The position numbers and the translations under genes were made by a program. From positions 6,014,001 to 6,078,000 of the forward strand of contig CM035360.1 of assembly GCA_020137815.1 (NCBI GenBank): DNA of 64,000 nucleotides, given 5' to 3'. Under the pieces are notes generated by a model. That model had not been told where the DNA came from, did no database searches, and saw only the letters and a list, made by a program, of their open reading frames with translations. This document shows positions 1 to 11,438 of the stretch, piece after piece. Position 1 is the first letter of the stretch, and each line of letters opens with the position of its first letter. Source of the DNA: Hormiphora californensis. Lineage: Eukaryota; Animalia; Ctenophora.

Positions 1-161
1 TCGTTGAAGTTTTTTTTCCTTATACATACCGATAACGAGCAACTCCTTCACTTCAGTTTTCCTGATATTCAAGTCAGCCAGATTAACCCCCTTAGATAAT
101 ATAACCCTTTCATTCGGAGTCAACAGATAGATAGCTGTAAAGATATACTATTCCACACACA

Positions 162-3100
162 GGGAGATGTCACGTGCAGCTGATATCATGTTTATGCCGT
201 ATAATTATCTGATTGATGCAAAAACGAGGAAAAATCAAAACATCTCCTTGGAGAACGCAATCATTATATTTGATGAGGTAATAATAATAAATGATGATAT
301 TGAGGTACTCCTAATGTTTTTAGAAAGTCCCACAAAGAGTACCACTTGAATACTCTCAATTCCCCCTAGGCCCTAACCACGGTCCCCCAAATTCTCCTGG
401 CCCCTATACTATGGCCTATTCGCGGGATATGCTCCTACAATGCACCTTGACCCCTGAAATTAGACTCTTTCCCGGGTACACAATGCTGAATGCACCCTCG
501 AACTTTTCCCCACAAATCCCTCCACATTCCGCAGGCCCATAACGTGGAGAAAGTGTGTGAGGAATCATTTAGTTTTGAGATTACCTCTATGGATATAGCC
601 AACTGTATCGAAAACTGCACGGTAACGAACAATAACTTATATCAACTCTTGTACCGTTGGGTATCTTGTATCATTGGGAAACAAGTCCAGCTTTATTTGG
701 TGACAAATTTCATTTTATTTCGTTCACCCCCAAAATTAAATGGGTGGTTGTTATTCTTGTTCTAACCCTCATTCCCATTTGTTTCGCCGTGCGGGGTGTG
801 GTGAAACAGGGTCGATCAAGGCAATTCTATTCCACACAACACGCCCCTCTCCAGGTAGCATTACAAAGGGTTACAGAAGATGCAAGTGGAGGAGGGGGAG
901 GAGGGACGGAGGATACTGAGCTAACCAAGGCTGATGTTCTCACCATGAAGAGTATCTTCTTGTCTCTAGAGAGGGAGTTCAACAAGTTATCTGTTACTGG
1001 ACAGGGCGCTGTCATTGACAAGGTATTAGAAATAGTAGAATTGGGTCATTTGCTTCCTCTCATTTACTTCAACCGCCAGTCCATTTTCAACCCCCCCCCT
1101 CCAGCTCCCTGGGTAAAAGGGGTAAACTTTGAAAGGGGGTAAATTGAACAAAATGGACTTTACCCCATATCATATTCATGTCTCCTCCCTTCCCTCCCAT
1201 TCAAACACCCTCTTCTAGAGTACGTTTAAGAACCTGCTCCACTCCATCAACGTGAATGACGAGACGAAGGGAGCTATCTCTGAGGTGCTGCAGAAGATGG
1301 AGGCGGTGTTGTCAGTTAGCAGCAGTAATAAAGTTATGGGCACTACTTTCCAGGTGAATAGTAGATACCACAGTAATTGTTAGTTCCATTTAGTGGGTCT
1401 CCAATCTTGACTATAATTATTGTACGTGACAATTGATATTTTCTAGTATGAATATTATTTTGCCGGACTTCCTTCCCAGTTAACCCCAGCTCTTTTCAAC
1501 AGGTCTTGAACAATTTCATGCAGATCCTGGACATCACACTGGGACAAACTAAAGACGCCAGTAGGCAGTACGTATGTCACGTGTCTAAGGAAAAAAGAGA
1601 GAAGAAATCCTCGTTCAATAGTAGAGAGGTTAAACCCCATCTTGAATCAGTAGCCCCTACCTTCTACACCAAGTTATCTTATTGGTGCTTTAGCCCTGGT
1701 AAGAGTCATATCATGTCCATGATCCATCAGGTATTCAGGTAGCAGCCAGATGACAGTCCTAAATATTTGTATTCTAATGACTAAAAACTGCAATAGTGAT
1801 CATGCGATCATAATATTAATTTTATCGATTAGCTGAATAATGTCTAGCTCATGTTTTAAATGGACGTGGTGATGATAGTGGTATCATAGATATCCATATA
1901 TTCACGTATTATTCATTACCAACCCAGTCCTCCACCCGTCCAGGTTTAGCAATGGAAGAATTCCAAAGGCAGGGAGTCTACTCAATCATTTTAACCTCTG
2001 GGACCCTCTCTCCAATCTCTTCTTTCTCTAGTGAACTCAAGATCCCATTTCCAGTGACCCTCTCTAATCCTCATGTTATCGAACCCTCCCAGATCCTTGT
2101 CCAGGTAACTCTTCCTTTTTACTTTTGCCTTGGTCTCACCTCGCAAGTATTGTAATTTGTAAAGTAAGGTTAGAACATAACCAATGTGATGATAGCGATG
2201 TTGGGTGCCAAGATTTGCAACACTACTATACTATATCTAGTCAACTCATCCCCTCCTAAAAGATCCCTTATTATAGGTTCTCTCTATGGGGGTGGGAGGG
2301 GTAGAACTGAACTCAACATACCAAAACAGATCCAGTCCAGTCTATCTGACTTCTCTGGGTAACACCATTATAAACGTTCTAAGACAGGTTTGTGTAGTTA
2401 ATTGTATCATACAATATGAAGTTGATCTGTTTTTCACGATCTGACAGAGTTTGTAAAATAATAGTGTGAACCTTACATGTATGTCATGAAAGTGTCAAGT
2501 GTGAACCTTACATAATGTATGTGATCCCATCTCCTGATCTTTAGGTTCCCAACGGTGTCCTAGTGTTCTTTCCCTCCTACTATGTTATGGACCTGACTGT
2601 GGAACATTGGAAGAGCAAGGGTATCTGGGACAGGATGGACAAGATCAAGAGCGTCTTTATGGAGCCCAAAAATAAAAAGGAAATGGTCGTGGTTATGGGA
2701 GATTTTGATGTCAAGGTGAGACTTGATAATATTAGGGTTACAAGTTTAGCAGTTATCAAATTCACTCCATATTTATGGCTATGTTAATCTCTCGCAGTAT
2801 CTCTCTATTTTATCTCCTCCCGCAGGTTCGAACACCAGACGCGGGGAAGACGGGAGCCATCCTATTCGCAGTTTGCAGGGGTAAAGCCAGTGAGGGAATT
2901 GATTTTGCTGACATGCACGGTCGTGCAGTTATTATCACCGGTATGCCCTATCCCCCCGCTAAAGACCCCAAAGTGAGTGCTAAACGGAGTTACCTAGACC
3001 AGCAGAGAAGGGAGCGACCTGAGTTATTATCTGGAAATGAGTGGTACCAACAACAAAGTACCCGGGCTGTCAACCAAGCAGTGGGACGGGTTATCAGGCA

Positions 3101-3887
3101 CAGCAAGGATTTTGGAGCGGTACTCTTCTTAGAGAGAAGATTTGGGTACAAGGCTAATTTCAGTGAACTTCCAAAATGGATGCAAAGTTCAGTTCAAGTT
3201 CATGACAACATTGGAAAGTTTATCAGGCCTCTAAATGAGTTCTTCAAACTACACGCTCCCAAGACCGTCATTGAGCCTGATAATGAGGGGGTGTTGTATC
3301 CTAGAATGAAGGATGAGATGAAATCTGTATACCATAACCTGCCTCCTATAGTTCCTAAACAGACTACAGCTATTGCTGATACCTCTTTACTCGAGACTAC
3401 ACCGCCACCTAAAAAGTATAGCAGGGCAGGCTCCAAACGCACCAGTCTCCTTTCTTCCCTGAGTGCTAGCAATGAAAACTCCTTTGAGACCCCTGCGAAT
3501 TTGAGTGTTGAGGGAAGGAAGGAGGAGGAATTCAAAACTCCTGAGGTCCTGAAACAGCCTAGAAAGAGGATCAAACTAGTTACTGGTCAGCCTCTAGCTG
3601 TCAGACAGGAATCTGCAGCCAGTGGAACGGATCGAGCTAGAGAAGCTTTAATCAGTTACTCTGCTCGACTAAAAATTGAACTATCTACGGAGGAGTATGT
3701 GCATTTTAGGAGGATAATGGCAGATTTCAAATCAGGGGGGTCTACAGATATTGTGGGGTTGGTTGAGGGTGCCTGTGGGCTGTTCCTACCTGAACACAAG
3801 GAGTTGTTATTGGGATTCAGAGTTTTTATTAAGTCACGTGACCATGCTCAGTTTGATAGGATTGTTACTGAGCGACTTAAGAGATGA
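162..3887 (+). CDS. RTEL1: RTEL1-like DEAH Fe-S helicase, 3' part, multi-exon (5' end outside window)
   Basis: Spliced exons encode [79 protein letters not shown] and a C-terminal harmonin-N-like domain (LLLGFRVFI). Approximate exons 162-277, 535-621, 811-1022, 1219-1353, 1503-1698, 1944-2104, 2277-2387, 2545-2715, 2826-3887; GT-AG introns. Confidence 0.93.
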
Positions 3888-4123
3888 TATTTGGGGTAAA
3901 TGTGTTTTTAAACTAGGTTTTTAATTATTAAATTGTAAATGATTTAATTTATAGTTTGATACATCATCAAGTTGCTTACTTTTATATTACACCCGTCCAT
4001 TTAACCCTCTCCTGATCGTCTCGTGACTCCGCCAATTCTTTCTGATACTGCCATTCAACCCCATAAAACCGCATCCATTAATCTTCCTAAGATACATATC
4101 TAACCCTTTCTTTCAATAGCAAC

Positions 4124-5075
4124 ATGGGTGCAGCTCTCAGTGGATATCTAGAATCCCCCGTTACGGACAAAGAAGTCCAAGATGGCCTCTCCAAACTGGG
4201 CTTATCCTATGGAGCCTCTAGCATGCAGGGCTGGAGGGTTGGCAACGAGGTAAGTACCTTACTCTCGTTTTTTAAGAAACGCTTTAGTAAGAAACTTTTT
4301 TATAAGAAACTTTTCAAATTTAAATCACACAATTCAGAGACACCACAACAAAATAGAACACCCCTAACTTGTTTAGTTTCTTCATAAAGGAGAAGTTCTT
4401 TTTGTTTTTGGATTGCTAATTGCTTACACCTGTAGTTTCCTAGAAAAAAGTTTCTTTTTTAAAAGTTTCTTGAAATATGCGAGCTTAATTAACGAGAGTA
4501 AGGTAAATGGTTATGAGTGTGAACTGTGAGTATGTGATTATGAGTGTTTCGCGGCATTATATGTGAGTGTGTGTGTGCGAGTAATTTGTGAGGGGTACAT
4601 GTGCTCTTTACATTTTGCCGCTCAAACGTGTGACGTACGGCGCGGAGCTATGACTGTTGGTCACACCGCGCGAAGTTCTTAGAAAAGCGCGCGGGACCTC
4701 TTTCACACAGATCTTCATTCTTCTTCTCAGTCCCAATCTCCACTTGCAATGGCAAGCCTCCGGGGCTATGGAGTATTATAGAGGCTTCCCCACTTGTAAA
4801 GTCCACGAGACTTAACCTAACCACTTCGCCAGGATGCTGTTAGTTGTGTTCCTGAACTCACCTCTGACTCAGCACTATTCGCTGTGTTTGACGGACATGG
4901 CGGTCCCGAGGTGGCCCAGTTCGTTGCCAAATACCTGCCCGATCTGATAAAGGAGGAGGAGAACTTTGAGAAGGACAGCGGTGCAGCACTCCTTAACTCC
5001 TTCCTCAAGATGGATAAGATGATCTTAGCAGAGGAACATGCAGAGGAACTCCAGGAACTAGCTGGTATGTTCTGA

Positions 5076-5133
<58 letters not shown>

Positions 5134-8100
5134 GTACGAAAGATGATGATGAGGAGGATACGACAGAAGACAAGTTGAAAGAATGTGTAGAATTGAATGC
5201 TGAGGCTGACATGCCCATAGAGGAGATTCTCGAGAAATACCAAAAAGGTTTTTTTAAATCTTGGTTCGGGAGAATATTGATATTTTGTTGGAATAGTTCT
5301 ATAGAGTCGGGGATTCGTTTACTGAGTAGAACAATAAAACATGCTTGTTGTTCCAAATAATATCATCTTTCTGAAGATCTTCCCCTGTCATCATCCTTTT
5401 CTCCCTATCTACTATCTGCCATCACATCATCATTCTCTCCCGACTATCTCAGAGAAAACTGATGCTGAGCAGGAGGAAGAAGAGAAGAAGGAGCCAGTAT
5501 TTGAGGGCAAGGGAAAGGGGAAGAAGAAAGGAAAGGAGGGAGAGGAAGGAGAAGAGGAGGCAGCTGCTAACGGAGCATCTTCTGAAAATGGGGTAGGTTG
5601 TTGTCAAGTCATATTGGCAGCCATGAGCCCTAAATACACGAGTAAAGAACGAGGCTAAGTCCATGTTAATGGTCGTTGGGGGAATGATGACTGCTGTAAC
5701 TGAAAACTTTTACCATCTTTTATGTAGTTGGACCATGTTTCTAACCCCTATCACTAATTCCCACAGGATAGTGCCCCAGGAGCATCAGCTGTCAATAAAA
5801 ACAAGGCAGCAGGAATACTTGGTCTGCTAAACGGTGGTCTTGGTGGTGATATTAGGGAGATGTTAGCCAAGGGGTTAGCTGCCAAGTTAGCCGAGGCAGG
5901 AGATGATGATAGTGATGAAGATGCTGATGAAGATTACGAGGAGGGAAGTGGGGAGGAGGAGGAGGAGGAGAGTGAGGAAGAGAGCGAGTCGGTAAGGAGC
6001 AGAATATATGCCTTAATTTGGTCTACTATCACTGGCACCCTCCAAAATTACCAATATATAATCCAAATAATATAATCTCTACTATCTCCGTGTTATAGGG
6101 AGAAGACGAAGATGAGGAAGAAGAGGAGGAAGAAGTTGATGTGGATGAGAGGGAAGGTTATGGTAGTGGTTGTACTGCCTGTGTTGCACTAATCAGGGAT
6201 TCTGTTATTACTGTCGCTAACGTTGGTATGTTCCACACTATTATACAGGTGCTCTCTTGAAACTAGTCCAATTTCGACCTGTTAGTTGAGAAATGAGGGC
6301 GGAGGGGGAGGTTTTGTTATCTCATCATTGATGTGGGTGTTGTGTGTGTATGAAGTGAGTGGGTGATGTCTACAGCAGTTCAGTGCATAATTAATACTAT
6401 TATCCTTGAAACGTGAGCACTGCTGATAATAAGAGCCCTGTCTATACGCCTAATCTGTTCAGATAGCAATAAAACACAAGGATTGTTGCTATCCGAGATT
6501 CCTGATATAAAGATACGCCAATTCGAATAGTACTGTGGGTATGTGCCTAGATTAATCGAACCCAGTGGATTCCCTTGGTAACTCCCATGTTAAACAAGGA
6601 GATGAAACTGGGGGGTTGGAGTTACCTCATATATCGGTACGGCAAATAATATCTTTGTATCAGAATTCTCAGAATGAACAGTTGGGCTATAGCAGTTGAT
6701 CACGTCATATTATTTGTCATCATTGATAACTGGCGATGTTTTGGTCATTGTTATGCGAGGTGATATCTCTAATCTTTGTCTCCTCCAGGTGATTCCAGGG
6801 CAGTAATTTGCACTGCAGGGGGCGTAGCTAAGGAGCTATCTCAAGATCACAAACCTGAAGATGAACTAGAGAAGGCCCGAGTAGAAAAGGCCGGAGGTGG
6901 GTGTTTCTAAACCTAGATATAGTCCTTCTTTAGCCGCACATTGCACAACCATCAGCAGTTTACCGAACTCATCCTTCATACTAACCATAATAATAATAAT
7001 AATTCCATAACAAACCAGCATCATTCCCCTCCCAGGTAAGATAACAAAGGACGGTAGGATTAACGGAGGGTTGAACCTGGCCAGGGCACTTGGAGATCAC
7101 CAGTACAAACAGAATGAGGAACTGAAACCAGAGGAGCAGCTCATTAGCCCCCTACCGGACCTGCAGACTCACACAATAGCACCGTGAGTAGTTATATTTG
7201 CCTTTTTCAATTGGTGAACTGCCCGAGGGACTCGACCCTTTCTTGTGAAAATACCACTATCACCATTACAGTTACCTACCTCCAAACTACACTGGATACA
7301 CTCACTCACACCTATATCACACCCCAGGAAGCGACCGAATATTCGGTTCGGTTCGGTTCGGTTCGGAAATTCGGTGTTTTTTGGGCGGTTCGGTTCGGTT
7401 CGGTTCGGTAGGAAATTTTGGCCGAACCACCGAATTTTTTGGTCAAAAAATTGCCCAGAAATCGGGCTTTTTCATGCAAAATTTTTCAATTATTTCACGA
7501 AAATTGTATGGATTTCAATGTCAATTTCGCCGTATTAACCCTATTTCGAATCGGTTAGGTGGTGCTATGTGGAAATGATTTCGCTAGTTAGCAGGTTCGA
7601 TATGGATTGATTTGATACCTGACTTCCCATCGAATCGTGTCCTCATGAGAGGGTCAACAAATTCAGAAACTTTTTTTTTCAAAAGATTCATGGAGAGCAC
7701 CGATCAAGGTGTTAAGAATCATTCTCTGAAATTTTGTGAAAAAGTTTGGAAAATATTTCAAAGTCAATTTTATGGAAAATTTTCTATGTCAATTTTTGCG
7801 TACGAATCGTGTTTCGAATCGGTATATTGCTAAGCGGGAGTGATCTTGCTAATTAGTGGGTCCGAGATGGATTATGCTGATACGTGATCCCCCATCAAAT
7901 CTAATCAGGAAGTTTAGGGGAAACGATTCATGTTTCAATAAATCCTGCTAATTAGCGAGAGCACTGCCGCATAGCATCACCGATTCGCAACACGATTCGT
8001 ACGGCAAAATTGACATAGCATTTTTTTTCCAAAATTGACTTTGAAATATTTTACAAAGTTTTTTCACAAAATTAAATGTTTCTCTAAAAATTCATGGAGA

Positions 8101-9225
8101 GCATCGATCAAGGTATTGAGAATCATTACCTGAAATTTTGTGAAATTTTTTTTGTGAAAAATATTTTAAGTAAATTATGGTATACGAATCGTGTTTCTAA
8201 TCGACAATGCTAAACGGGAGTGATGTTGGTAATTAGTGGGTCCGAGATGGATTGTGCTGATACGTGATCCCCCATCAAATCTAATTAGGAAATTTAGAGA
8301 GACACGATTCATGGTTCGTTTAATCCTGCTAATTAGCAATACCATTCCCGTATAGCATTGCCGATTCGAAACACGATTCGTACGCAAAAATTGACATAGA
8401 AAATTTACGATAAAATTGACTTTGAAATTTTTTTCACAAAATTGACTTTGAAATTTTTTTCAAACGTTTTTTAACAAAATTTCAGAGAATGATTCTCAAT
8501 ACCTTGATCGGTGCTCTCCATGACTTTTTAGAGAAACATTTATACAGAAAAAGTTTTGTATGGTTCGGTTCGGTTCGGTTACCGAAATTCGGTTCGGTTC
8601 GGTTCGGTTCGGTAAAAAAGTTTTTCAAATTCGGTTCGGTTCGGTTCGGTGGTAAAAAACCCGGTTCGGTCGTTTCCTGTCACACCCCCACCCAAACCTC
8701 TCTCTGCATACATATATACCCCATTCACCTCCCTCCACACATGCCAGGGATGATGAGTTCCTCCTGGTGGCGTGTGACGGGATCTGGAACGTCATGACGT
8801 CAGAGGAGAGTGTCACATTTGTCAGGGAGAGGATAGAAGCTGCTAAGAAGGAGGGAACGTGCAGCAAGACATGGATCTCTGATATCGGTAGTGAGGTAAG
8901 AGTGTTAAATGTTGTCCGTGATTTAAACACAGTAACAGCCTTGTAAGACACTGGTAAACTTCTTTCAGATACATTTTGATTCAAATAAGAAATTTATAAC
9001 CTCACGCGGTCACAGTCCGATTTTGGCATGATATTTCTAACCATCCCTTCCCTCAAGCTGCTGGACAAGTGCATGTCACCCAACACAGATGGAGATGGTA
9101 GTGGTTGTGACAATATGTCCGTCGTCATCATCCTGCTCAACAATGATACCATCAGCACTGGCAAGCGCCCCAATGGCGACACAGAGAAAGAAGAACCAAA
9201 CCCTAAAAAGAGCAAAAGGGACTGA
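4124..9225 (+). CDS. PPM1G: Protein phosphatase 1G (PP2C gamma), about 10 exons
   Basis: MGA..YL start, [22 protein letters not shown], long acidic insert, [58 protein letters not shown], basic C-terminal tail. Confidence 0.93.
4257..4503. mobile_element. MITE with TA target duplication (Tc1/mariner-type) in PPM1G intron 1
   Basis: TIR CCTTACTCTCGTT ... AACGAGAGTAAGG flanked by TA on both sides; inverted subterminal AAGAAACTTTT motifs. Confidence 0.75.
7325..8679. mobile_element. Non-autonomous hAT-like element, 1355 bp, in a PPM1G intron
   Basis: 15-bp TIR CAGGAAGCGACCGAA / TTCGGTCGTTTCCTG (1 mismatch); perfect 8-bp TSD TCACACCC (7317-7324, 8680-8687); (GGTTC)n arrays at both ends; internal direct and inverted repeats; no transposase ORF. 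Confidence 0.88.
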
Positions 9226-9245
9226 TCTTAACTTTCTCCCCAACG

Positions 9246-10894
9246 AGTAAACACACACACACGCATTGAGCAAGCTCAATGTTTAGCTATTCTCCGGCTG
9301 GGTATAGGGCTGAGGTACTGGCAAGATATAGTAGGATCGCTACTGCCCACATGTCAAGTTTATTCGGATATACAAGTTTAAAAGGTTGGGGGGTCACAGG
9401 GACCGTCTTAGCTTCGCTCCCCGTTAACATTGCCTGTAACCGGGGGTCCACTAAGCTCTCATATATACTCGGCCATTACTCCCAACCACTAGTAGTGGTT
9501 TTCAGTACCTCTTATACTGGTAAATCCGTATAGAAACAATCCTTGTGTTTTAATAGCGATCACTCCGTATATCTTGCACTGACCCAGTATTACCACACAT
9601 TAATTGTGCAATTGGCACTATGGGATTTCTCCACTGCGGCCGGCACTGTGAGTAATCAGCCACTATATAAGCTACATCTTGGTTGCTAACCAGTCAATAC
9701 ATTAGTAGAGGGGTTGTAGCACCGGGAGGTAATGAGTAAACACACACACACGCATTGAGCAAGCTCAATGTTTAGCTATTCTCCGGCTGGGTATAGGGCT
9801 GAGGTACTGGCAAGATATAGTAGGATCGCTACTGCCCACATGTCAAGTTTATTCGGATATACAAGTTTAAAAGGTTGGGGGGTCACAGGGACCGTCTTAG
9901 CTTCGCTCCCCGTTAACATTGCCTGTAACCGGGGGTCCACTAAGCTCTCATATATACTCGGCCATTACTCCCAACCACTAGTAGTGGTTTTCAGTACCTC
10001 TTATACTGGTAAATCCGTATAGAAACAATCCTTGTGTTTTAATAGCGATCACTCCGTATATCTTGCACTGACCCAGTATTACCACACATTAATTGTGCAA
10101 TTGGCACTATGGGATTTCTCCACTGCGGCCGGCACTGTGAGTAATCAGCCACTATATAAGCTACATCTTGGTTGCTAACCAGTCAATACATTAGTAGAGG
10201 GGTTGTAGCACCGGGAGGTAATGAGTAAACACACACACACGCATTGAGCAAGCTCAATGTTTAGCTATTCTCCGGCTGGGTATAGGGCTGAGGTACTGGC
10301 AAGATATAGTAGGATCGCTACTGCCCACATGTCAAGTTTATTCGGATATACAAGTTTAAAAGGTTGGGGGGTCACAGGGACCGTCTTAGCTTCGCTCCCC
10401 GTTAACATTGCCTGTAACCGGGGGTCCACTAAGCTCTCATATATACTCGGCCATTACACAGTGCCGGCCGCAGTGGAGAAATCCCATAGTGCCAATTGCA
10501 CAATTAATGTGTGGTAATACTGGGTCAGTGCAAGATATACGGAGTGATCGCTATTAAAACACAAGGATTGTTTCTATACGGATTTACCAGTATAAGAGGT
10601 ACTGAAAACCACTACTAGTGGTTGGGAGTAATGGCCGAGTATATATGAGAGCTTAGTGGACCCCCGGTTACAGGCAATGTTAACGGGGAGCGAAGCTAAG
10701 ACGGTCCCTGTGACCCCCCAACCTTTTAAACTTGTATATCCGAATAAACTTGACATGTGGGCAGTAGCGATCCTACTATATCTTGCCAGTACCTCAGCCC
10801 TATACCCAGCCGGAGAATAGCTAAACATTGAGCTTGCTCAATGCGTGTGTGTGTGTTTACTCATTACCTCCCGGTGCTACAACCCCTCTACTAA
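9246..10894. mobile_element. TSD-flanked concatemer of a self-complementary 489-bp unit (about 2.5 direct copies plus 0.9 inverted copy); candidate retrotransposed circular RNA
   Basis: Period of exactly 489 (9279/9768/10257); inversion from 10458; 13-bp TSD TTTCTCCCCAACG at 9233-9245 and 10895-10907; no TIR, LTR or poly(A). Confidence 0.85.
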
Positions 10895-10985
10895 TTTCTC
10901 CCCAACGCCATTCCTTTTTATCAATCAGCGAAAATTGTCACTCACTGATGTCACTCTCTTACCCGATCAACAGGTGTTCTAGTAT

Positions 10986-11188
10986 CCACGCTAGTTACCT
11001 AGTAACCACGCTAGTTACCTAGTAACCACTCTAGTTACCTAGTAACCACTCGAGTTACCTAGTAACCACTCTAGTTACCTAGAAACCACGCTAGTTACCT
11101 AGTAACCACTCTAGTTACCTAGTAACCACTCTAGTTACCTAGTAACCACTAGTTACCTAGTAACCACACTAGTTACCTAGTAACCACG
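10986..11188. repeat. 20-bp quasi-palindromic minisatellite (CTAGTTACCTAGTAACCACT), about 10 copies
   Basis: Directly visible tandem array; each unit has GTTAC-CTA-GTAAC dyad symmetry. Confidence 0.9.
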
Positions 11189-11438
11189 CATCTCACCCAT
11201 GTGTTGCTCTGCTTTTATTTGATATATTTAACATAATCTTGTTAAAGTGTTGACATCTATTTTAAAACACAGATTTGTTTGTATCTTTACTGTTTTCTAA
11301 AGTGGTCAGAACACCACCCACCCCCCCCCCCCTCTCTCTCTCTCTCTTTCACTCCCTGATCCCTCTCGCTTTGAAATGTCACTATCAGAACCTCAAAACC
11401 ATATCTCTATTATATTTGTAGGATCCCCAACAACTAGA

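Noticed and set aside
9279-9533. 84-aa ORF repeated in the 489-bp unit
   Set aside because: No recognisable domain; it overlaps strongly paired helices and repeats only because the DNA does. A micropeptide cannot be fully excluded.
9246-10894. Canonical hammerhead, twister, HDV or hairpin ribozyme in the unit
   Set aside because: No CUGANGA...GAAA core; partial twister-like (UAACAUUGCC, CGGUUACAGGC) and HDV-like (GGCCGGC, GCGAA) words lack the required partner helices.
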